Assembly (NCBI GenBank): GCA_013265495.1
Contig: MU061560.1
Span: 682,001 to 746,000 of the forward strand
From: Vicugna vicugna
Taxonomy: Eukaryota
Reading direction: 5' to 3'
Length of the DNA stretch: 64,000 nucleotides
A model generated the notes under the pieces. The model was given only the letters and a program-made list of their open reading frames with translations, ran no database searches and had not been told where the DNA came from. Position numbers and translations under genes: made by a program. Positions 54,290-64,000 of the stretch are shown one piece after another (the stretch's first letter is position 1; every line of letters begins with the position of its first letter).

Positions 54290-56795
54290 ATATTAGCACA
54301 TCTAATTCAAAAGTACAAAAGCACATCATGACCAAGTGGGATTTAGCACAGGAACGGGGGTAACAGTTACAGATGAATCGAAGTAATTCACCATATTAGT
54401 AAAATTAAAATGAAAGCCATAGAACCATTTCAATAGATGAATAAAAAGCATTTGATAAAATTCAACAGCCATTCCTGAGTAAAAAAGGAAAATCCATTAA
54501 ATTAGGGATAGAAGGGAAGTTATTCAACTTGATACAGTGATTTATGAAAAACCTTCACCCACAACTATATCATACTCCATGGTAAAAAGCTGAAGATTTT
54601 CCTTGAAGATCAGAAACAAGACAGAAATGCCCACTCTCACCTCTTTTACTCAATATAGTATTGAAATTCCTAGCCAGAGCAATTAGGCAAGAAAAATAAA
54701 TAAAAGGCATACAAATCAGAAAGGAATAAGTAGAACTGTCACTATAGCAGATGACATGAAATTATATATAGGAAACTTTACAGACTTAACAAAAAACTGT
54801 TAGAACTAATCAACAAATTCAGTAAAGGTGTAGGATACAAACCAATATACAAAAATAAGTTGCATTTCTACATACTAAAATAATGAACTCTCAGAAAGAG
54901 AAATTAAGAAAACAATCCCATTTACAACTACACCAAAAAGAATAAAGTATCTAGGAATAAACTGAACCAAGGAGGTTTTGAAAGACCTGTACGCTGAAAA
55001 CTATAAGACACTGATGAAAGAAACCGAAGAAGCCACAAGTAAATGGAAAGATATTCTGTGCTCATGGACTGGAAGAATTAATATCATTAAAATGTCTATA
55101 CTACCCAAAGCAATCTCCAGGTTCAATGAAATCCCTATAAAAATTCCAATGGTATTGTTTGTGGAAATAGAATAAGCAACTCTAACACTTATACAGAACC
55201 ACAAAAGACCCTGAGCAGATAAAGCAATCTGGAGAAACAGCATCATGTTTCTGGAGGTATCATGTTTCCTTGATTTCAAGCTATAATGAAAAAGCTACAA
55301 TAAAACAGTATGATATTGGCATAAAAACAGACATACAGATCAGTGAAACAGCATAGAGAGCTCAGAAATAAATCCACACAAAATGAACAGTTAATTTATG
55401 ACAAAGGAGCCAAGAATACAAAATAAGTGGTTTTGGGGAAACTGCACAGCCACACGCAGAAGAATGAAACTGTACCACTGTCTTACACCCTACACAAATA
55501 TCAACTAAAAATGTTTTAAAAACTTGAACGTAAGACCTGAAACCATAAAACTCCTAGAAGAAAACGTAGGCAACACATTTTCTGACACAAATTGTAGTAA
55601 TGTTCTCCTAGGGCAGTCTACCCAGGCAACAGAAATAAAAGCAAAAATAAACAAATGGGACCGAATTAAGCATATAAGCTTTTGCACAGCAAAGGAAATC
55701 ATAAACAAAACAAAAAGACAACCTAAAGAATGGAAGAAAATATTTGTAAATGATGCAACTGACAAGGGCTTAATTTCTCCAATATATAAACAGCCCATAC
55801 AACTTAATAACAACAACAAAAAGAACCAAACAACCCAATCCAAAAATGGGCAGAAGACCTAAACAAGCAATTCTCCAGTGAAGACATACACATGGCCAAC
55901 AGATACATGAAAAAATGCTCAACATCATTAATTATCAGAGAAATGCAAATCAAAACTACAATGAGGTAACACCTCACACCAGTCAGAATGGCCATCATTC
56001 AAAAGTTCACAAATGACAAATGCTGGAGAGGATGTGGAGAAAAGGGAACCCTCCTACACTGTTGGTGGGAATGTAGTTTGGTGCTGCCATTATGGAAAAC
56101 AGTAAGGAGATTCCTCAAAAGAATAAAAATAGACTTGCCATATGATCCAGCAATCCCACTCCTGAGCATATATCCACAGGGAACTCTAATTCAAACAGAT
56201 ACATGCACCCAATGTTCATAGCAGCACTATTTACAATAGCCAAGACATGGAAATAACCTAAATGTCCATCAACAGATGAATGGATAAAGAAGCTGTGATA
56301 TATTTATACAACAGAATACTACTTAGCCATAAAAAAGAATAAAATAATGCCATATGCAGCAACATGGATGGCCCTGGAGATCGTCATTCTAAGTGAAGTG
56401 AGCCAGAAAGAGAAAGAAAAATAACATGATATCACTCATATGTGGAATCTAAAAAAAAAAAAGACAAACTTATTTACAAAACAGAAACAGACTCACAGAC
56501 GCAGAAAACAAACTTATGGTTACCAAGGGGGAAAGAGGGTGGGAAGGAATAAACTGGGAGTTCGAGATTTGCAGATACTAACTACTATATACAAAACAGA
56601 TAAACAACAAGTTTATACTGCATAGCACAGGGAACTAAATTCAATATCTTGTAGTAACCTATACTGAAAAAGAATATGAAAAGGAATACATTATAGATAT
56701 GCATGACTAAAACATTATACTGTACACCAGAAATTGACACAACATTGTAAACTGACTATACTTCAGTTAAAAAAAATGTAAATAAATAAAAAAAA
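54290..56795 (+). mobile_element. Decayed LINE-1: ORF2 RT/C-terminal remnants, 3' UTR and A-tail
   Basis: HDQVGF and ADDM-coding remnants; ORF-track peptides [32 protein letters not shown] and [28 protein letters not shown]; many stops, frameshifts and deletions. Confidence 0.92.
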
Positions 56796-57393
56796 ACATA
56801 AAATGACCTATTGATTCCATCTTGGATGATGTGTCCTATAGGAACACTTGTGGAAATGCTAAAAGATGTGTGTACAAAGCTGTCCAGTGAACCTCTATTA
56901 TACTATGTTAATGAAATTATTTAATGAAAACAAAACTTGGAAAACATTGCTTACATTTAATATATTTTTAAAATATATAAAACAATAGCCTAAAATGCAT
57001 GCACACTCTCTCTCGCTCTCTCCCTCTTTGTCTTTCAGAAAAATCTGAAAGTACACAGACTGTTACAATTATCACTGGGGATGGTTCTAAAGCAAGAGGT
57101 GGCCAAAGAAGGAAGAGGTACATGTAGTGATTTACCTAAGTTTCTAAACTGAAGGAACGTTTTGTTTTGTTTTTTGGTAATAAGCGTAATTTCCTTTTAA
57201 ATTAAAAAGACTCAATAAAGATTTTATTTTTACTTATTTACTTATTTTATTTTTAAATTGAGCCATAATTGACACTAACTCCATGAAGATTTTTCAAAAA
57301 TTAAAATAAATTAAATTTGGTTTCAGTGTGCAGAGCCACCGTAATAGATGTGAAAGTGTGCTAGCTTTGCACCGGACTTGAGATGATACTCAC

Positions 57394-57529
57394 CCTTCTC
57401 CTCGCCTCAGATTTCTGGAAGCACTCGTGCTGTATAAAAGTGGCTGCAGCAGAAATCCTGGACAGCGGCGTGTGGTTCGCCTCAAGCATACTGACTGCTC
57501 GTTCCAGAGTCATCTCCGTGTCCAGATTC
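57394..57529 (-). CDS. PKP2: PKP2 exon 4 (136 nt): [45 protein letters not shown]
   Basis: Acceptor tgtctag| and donor |gtgagt on minus strand; peptide matches the start of the PKP2 arm domain. Confidence 0.96.
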
Positions 57530-59739
57530 CTAGACAAACAGTCACAGATTAAACAACATTCCAAACCTGCTCCCTCTTGCCTGTCAACCTGATCCTCCCG
57601 TGATGACTGAGCACCTAGGTCATCTGCTCTTTGGCTCTTCTTCACCCGAAAGAAGAATCAGCCCCTGAGGTCAGAAGGTTTAGGAAGTGGGTAGCAGAAA
57701 CACTTCAGCTCTGGTCAGACTAGCCTCTGAAGATATCACTGAATTGAGCAGAATCATAACAGAGACCAAAGAAACAAACTTAACTCTGTTTATGATAAAA
57801 TATGTGTAGTATAACAATTGTATCTTATAAAGTAACTGAAGGCACAGCTAGACTTTACATGGAATTATTCCTACCCTGGTAATGCCACACCTTCTCTCAA
57901 AAATCATTAGATTTTTCTCAAAGCTGCTCTGAATCTGTTATTTTACCTGAAAATAAGTTTTAGAAGGAGCATTCCGAAAGTGTTCTGGTTTAATGAATAT
58001 AACAGTAAACGAAAAGTAAAAGCCAGAAAAACTGAGTTTGGTCAAAATAAGTCATACTGGTGTTTCAGAATCCATCAAGAAAGGTAATGATAAAATGCAA
58101 CTATAAAAATTTTTTTAGAAAACAATTTTAGACATTCTGCTACCATTTGCTTTGTCACTGTAATGACATTGAATTTATCTGGCAGCATACTTTGTCCTTT
58201 CCTAATTGCAGGATAAAATGTGATTTCAGTTTGATACAGAGAGGATGATTTATAGAGGACAAATAAAATCACTACTTGTAAAACAATAATTCCCAAATTG
58301 CATCATAGCGCTGGCATTTTTCCCCCTCCCAGTTTACTTCTGCCTGGAGGGGGACTAGGGTAGGCAGTCTGTTCCCAAGCTGGATGTTAGCACATTAGTA
58401 CTCCCTTAAGGATGGTGTCAGAGAAACCAAGCTCAGGGGGCAACATCTTAGAACTGGGGCTAAAGACATGCCTTCAAGGCTCTTTTTGGGCTCAAAGAGG
58501 GTTACAGCTGAGTCATTCCAGATAATGGAAGTTCCGAAGACATTATGGGAGGGTGTCTTCCAGCATCTGCCAGCAAGCAGTGAGCAAGTTCTCCCTTCCA
58601 TCAGGCTAACACAGTAACACACGCACCTGTGCACAGAGGTGAGCGTGTGCACGTTGTGAGTGGGGTGTCTGTGTGGGGTGGATGTGGCACAGGTGAGGAG
58701 ATAAGACTAATGGGCCTTGTGACCAAAATGGAATTCCCACTGCTTCTGAAACACATGCTCAAACATAGCAGCGTTACCTCATGAGTATAAGGATATTAAA
58801 TATGAAGCAGAACACCTCTGGCATCTATACTGAGAATTACATAATGATCTCATATTTTAAAATGTGCCTCAGGAGTCGATTTAATTGGTAAAAAATGTAG
58901 GCTGTACCATTAAAACCAGAATTTGAATCACTTTTATTTAATATAAACACCCTTTTTAAAAGAGCTGGAAATATCCTCCATGCATGGACTGCAGTAATTT
59001 TACAGGGAAATCAAAAGTCAAACAGCTGTAAATCTTTCACCATCCGCCACTTCAGGTTTTATAACCGATGAAAGATCATTAATAACCTAAGAATAACCTT
59101 ATGTTTAATCCTTTTTTTTTTTTTAAGATTCAGCCATTAATCTACTTTATAAGTCATAAATGACTCAGGAAAGTCTGAATTTCCCAAGTTTCCAACACCC
59201 ACAAATGATTCCATTACTCTAATCCTTTATTTTCCCGGACATGACTCACAAAGAAGCTCTGCATTCACTACTAGCCGACCAAATTCTACTTCATCATTAA
59301 AAACAATTCCCAACCAGAAGGAAGGCTTCCTTAACAAGAAGGTCTGCCACAGCTGTCAGGGCATCAGCTTTCTGTTTTGTTATTGTCTGTAAAGTCCAAC
59401 TCTAAAACATGGCGCACGTTCTGACGCTAGACTAGCTCCATGTCCTGCCATCTTCCACCCCCTCTCATTGACTAACCCATCCTCCCATCCCACTGGACTT
59501 CCACTCCTCCTCTAAACACTGCATGCCTCTTCACAAGCCAGTCTATGGGATTTTTCTAGAAAGCCCATCCTTCTACCTAATTCTTATCTATTCAAATATC
59601 ATCACTTCTTGTGAAACCTGTCCTGCATTCCTCTCCCCAGCTAGAGCTATTCCTTCCCATCTCTCTTCTCCCACACAGCACTCCTCCCCTGTTACCAAAT
59701 GGAACTCGAGTCTGCTTGCCCAACATGCAGCAAAGCCAA

Positions 59740-60277
59740 TGTAATGAACCGGGTTGCTGTGAAGGAAAGTACAGTGTTTATAGTAGGGCACCCAGTGAAA
59801 AGAATGGGCAGCTTGTGCTCAAAAGACCAGAACCCCTGATGGCTTTTGGGGAAAGCGGTTTTTAAAGGTGACATTGGGGTGAGGGTTGCCAGGTTGCCTA
59901 AGCAGTTTCTGGACATTATTCTGATTGGCTGGTGTTGAGGTAACAGGGTGATGTTTTGGGAATCTCAATCATCAACCTTCTGGATCCAACCAGTATGAGG
60001 TCTACGTGCTGGTGGTCAGTGTGCAGTAACTATCCACCATGGGTGGGGGTCTTGGTTTCTGCAGAACAACTCAAAGATCTGCATCAGATTGTTATCTATA
60101 TCCCTTCAAGAGGAACTACTTGTCCTGTGACTCTGTTCTCCTAATCATTAACTTTTTGAGACTGCTCTTTGCAATTTAGAGAAGGTCTAGGAGACTAAAG
60201 CCTTTTTACCCCCACAAACAAGAAACAGGGGACATGAAGGGGCTTTTGTACCCAGGAAAGACCCCTGCTCAGATTCA
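59740..60277 (-). mobile_element. ERV-type solo LTR
   Basis: TG..CA ends; ttctgattggctggtg CCAAT-box region; no TSD recognised. Confidence 0.55.
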
Positions 60278-62079
60278 CCTCAGTCTGTCTCTCTCTCTCC
60301 TCCTTACTTTCTTTCCTGCCTCCCTTTCTTCCTTCCTTCTTCCTTTCCCCTCACTCCTAAAACACTTCTTGAAGCCTGCAGAAATGTGGCTTGGGAGATG
60401 GGGTTGGGGAGGGGAGGATCAGGAAAACCAGTTGTTCCTGGGCCCCAATACCCACTGAACACATTCTCCAGGAGCGAGTCTTTTCAACAGCTTTAGTCAA
60501 TATGCTAAAATGATGTTAATATAAATGAAAAATGTTAAGAGGAAGCAGTGTAAAATATCATTGGTCAGAATATGAGATAGTACAGGGGAGAAATTAAAAA
60601 TGGTGCTTTTTGTAGGTGTGCAATCTCTCAGCAAACACATTCCTGCCAATAACAACACAGCCCTGATCAGGCTGGTTCCCAGATGTCAGAACAGGGCTCC
60701 GGCTTGGAAGGCAAACCGACGCCAGACGACCAGTGAAGGGCTCCTGTGTGTCGTCGGATGCTTAGGAAAGGCAAATTCCCCCACCTCGCAAAGATTTTAA
60801 GTGTGATGGAAGCACTGCTTTGCAAAGACGACTCTGGAGTGGATATGTGTTTCTAGAGACAGTTTTGAGGACACCATGAGAGTCTTCACTGAAGCAATAA
60901 AGCTGTGAATTGGGTTGTTAAAAATGGAAATGGAAAAAAAGATAAAGTTGAAAGAGATTTGAAGAATCAAAGAACTACAGAAGTGGTAATTAGGAGGATG
61001 TGGAGGGAAGTTAATATGACATCTTTTCTGCTCTGTGTCACAAACCTGACCAGTGGTCCTACCAGAGATACAGCCTCTTTCCTTAGTCTTCCTCTACGAA
61101 TCCTAGAGAACATCGCTCTTCTGTTCTCTGAATTCCTACAGACACTGGCACAACCTAGCACTTGATGTGTCTTATTTTCTTTTTATGGGTCCTCTCTAGA
61201 CCCTCGTATATCCCACTCAATTTTTATCTCCTTGGTGCTTATTTACTGCAGTGTGGGGCTCACTGGAGGACCCTAATATTCATTTGCTGACCCACCAGTC
61301 CCCCACACAGAAATCTTCTTTTCAGAAAAACTGATCTAGAACGTTTTACTTGGTGATTTTTTACACCTTTTTCATTAGTCTGAATTAGAGCAGGTGGACT
61401 GCCTCTCTTTCACTCCAATGTCTTGATTTTTAGTTGCATTAGTAACTGACCAGCCATTCTTCTTTCGGAAACAAAGATCCATTGTTTGATACGTTATGTC
61501 ATTATGCAGGTTTCTAGTTTTATCCAGCTACTCTTTGGGAATGTTCCACAAATGTGTAACTCTTCATTACACGTGGGACCTTCACAAGACATAAAAATGT
61601 GGATTCCAAATACCGGGACTGGAGAGAGTTTGAAACGTGAGACATTGCAAGGCAGAGTGTGTGCTGTCAGGGGCAGGGCTCTCAGGCAGCAGCCCGGGGG
61701 GAACTGAAACGAGCCATGTGGACCACCAAAGGAAGACAGAGAATCAGGCACGGATGCCACCTTGATCATTATACCTCTGACCCCTTTTCTTTTCCATAAA
61801 TAGCAAAATTTTCAAGAAGCGTTCATTTTTGTGCTGTCTGGTCTCTAGGATGGCAACTTTGAGAATTATTGAGGACAGATTTCTTGCGCTTTATTTTAAA
61901 TTTCTTGACCCCAAGTGTTCCTTCTATTCTTTGAAATGTGATTAATTATTCCAAGGAAATTCATCCTATCTATTAAAACAATAACTGGAAATAAATTATT
62001 TAATAGTTCTAGAATTTGAGCAACAAAAGAACTTAGATGGCAAGAAATTAAGTTTATATTTCATTTCTTCCTTCTTCAG

Positions 62080-63430
62080 TTTCATTCTTTCACCTCATAT
62101 TTATAAAGTGCCTATCACGGACCTACCTCTGTTCTAGGGTACTGGGAATATGGAGATGATAAGACACTCACAAGTAGCTCAAGGCTAGAGGGAGAGCAGA
62201 TAGGTAAATGAATAACCACAATAAATTATGCTGGTAGAGACACCCACACTGCATAGCCACCTGGACACCTAAACTAGACTGTGAGGGGAGTGGCCAGGGA
62301 AAAGGTGGTAACTGAGCTAAATGCAGAATCATGAGTAGCCAGGCAAAACCACAACTACTGGGAGGAAACAGAGAGGATAGATAGATAGATAAATAGATAG
62401 ATAGATAGATAGGCAAAGAAAGGAAGAAAGGGAGGAATGAAGCAAGAAAGAAAATATGCAAAAAATATTTTCCATTAAGGGAAGTAAAAGAGGTTCAAGG
62501 TGGTTTGAGTGTCTGGGGGAGTGTTTGGGGACAGTGATGACGAAAGATGGAGGAGTAGAAAGAGATGAGACAAGAATGATAAGCAGTGCTGAAAACATGG
62601 GCTCTGTGCGCCACACTAACAAGCACACTAATCTGGTGGAATTAAGTAAAGGTTATAAATTGAAGACAGAAGTGATCAGACTTGGCAAGATCATCCTAAT
62701 AGTCCTAGAGAATGGTTCTGAGTGAGGAGACCACAGGCAGAGGGGCCAATGCAACAGACACAGAAAGAAGGGCAGAAGTGTAAGACCCAGGAATGAGATA
62801 AAAATATGTATGGCTTGGCGATTTGTGACTATGGAGGTAAAATTTAAAAAAGACTTCCAGGTTGGGAAATGGTGAGACTTCAGTGTGAGGAGACAGGAGT
62901 AGAGGGTAGGGAAGAGCTGATAAATTTAGTTTTGAATATACTGAGATAGGGCTGTCCAGGAGGTTGTTCAGAACTACATACAGATCTGGAGTTCAGGCTG
63001 GAGGACACAGCTGAAGAGAAGATGTTGCGAATCACAGGATACAAGTGCTGTGCCCAGGGCTTCTCTGGAAGAGCAAGCACCAAGAGCAGAAGAGAAAGGT
63101 TGCTGAGGGTGACCTCCTTGGGCATGCAGAAAACTCTCCTCAGAGAAGAGTAAGACATGGCTACAGAAAACCAGGAGAAGCTGGTGCCCCGACAACCAAG
63201 GAAGAGAGAATTTCACAGCTAGTAGTGTCAAACGCTGCCCACAGACTGAGTAATATACACACTGAATACGTGTCTACTTTGGTTGTAGCATTAAGACCGT
63301 CACTGGCAGATGTGTGGGGAGAATGTTTCAGTGAAATGGTGGGGACTAAAGCCATACTGCTGTGGGTTGATGAGAGACTGGGAAGTGACAAGGTGGTTGA
63401 AGCCATGTGGGGCACACAAATGGAGGAGGA
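62080..63430 (-). mobile_element. L2 LINE fragments including RT remnant
   Basis: Minus-strand peptide ILLSLWAAFDTTSCEIL resembles L2/CR1 RT LDLSAAFDT; L2-like tail near 62080. Confidence 0.7.
62376..62412. repeat. (TAGA)n microsatellite
   Basis: Direct reading. Confidence 0.9.
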
Positions 63431-63717
63431 GGAGAAGCCAGTTGTTGAAGGATGTGGCACAACAGTTTTGTTATTGTTAAATAATTTTGTTAAAATTGTA
63501 TCTAGCACCAATCCTGAAATACAGTAGGCATTTAATACAGACTGAATTATCCATTTAAAAGACTTGATCAGCTTTTTCTTCCATCATTACTTCATGAATT
63601 TTTCTTCTTTGTAAGTGTGTCCGTACTGACAAAGATCTGCTTTCTACAAGAAATGTTAGCTGTCTCATGCTCAATTTTGCTTTATAAAAACTATTTCTTG
63701 TTTCAAGATTAGATTAG

Positions 63718-64000
63718 CACCCCAGAAGAAACTCTAATTCAAAAAGACACCTGCACCTCAATGTTCACAGCAGCACTATTTACAATAGCCAAGACATGGA
63801 AACAGCCTAAATACTCATCGACAGAGAACTGGATAAAGAAGTTGTAGTATTTTTATACCATAGAATACTATTTGGCCACAAAAAAGAATAAAATAATGCC
63901 ATTTGCAGCAGCATGGATGGACCCGGAGATCATCATACTAAGTGAAGTAAGCCAGAAAGAGAAACCAAAATACCGTATGATATCACTTATACGTGGAATC
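63718..64000 (+). mobile_element. L1 3' fragment running off the window
   Basis: Closely similar to 56180-56450. Confidence 0.85.

Noticed and set aside
54978..56221. ORFs encoding RT/zinc-knuckle-like peptides
   Set aside because: Disrupted LINE-1 ORF2 remnants, not an intact gene
63045..63527. 160-aa and 116-aa overlapping ORFs
   Set aside because: Within decayed L2 sequence

Overview
Mammalian genomic DNA carrying the 3' part of plakophilin-2 (PKP2) on the minus strand. Ten coding exons (human PKP2b numbering 4,5,7-14; 1,480 nt including the stop) were delimited base-by-base with GT/AG ends and consistent phases. They encode the armadillo repeats and C-terminus (...KAFHSLKD*), followed by a probable ~1.6 kb 3' UTR. 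Exons 1-3 should lie beyond the right edge. The rest is intron/intergenic DNA rich in transposons: tRNA-derived SINEs resembling camelid Vic-1 (so probably alpaca/camel; inference), many 5'-truncated L1 3' ends, a decayed L1 ORF2 block, ERV and MaLR solo LTRs, Tigger1, MER5A, MER63A, MIR and L2. Most ORFs in the supplied track are noise. I see no convincing new multi-gene system. The best leads are an Alu-free apparent precursor of human PKP2b exon 6, direct repeats flanking exon 11, an LTR+L1 composite that may form an intronic poly(A) site, a 21-bp repeat bracketing 2.6 kb, and a weak AAG last-exon acceptor with an in-frame CAG alternative. Human comparisons and repeat family names are from memory, not database searches.
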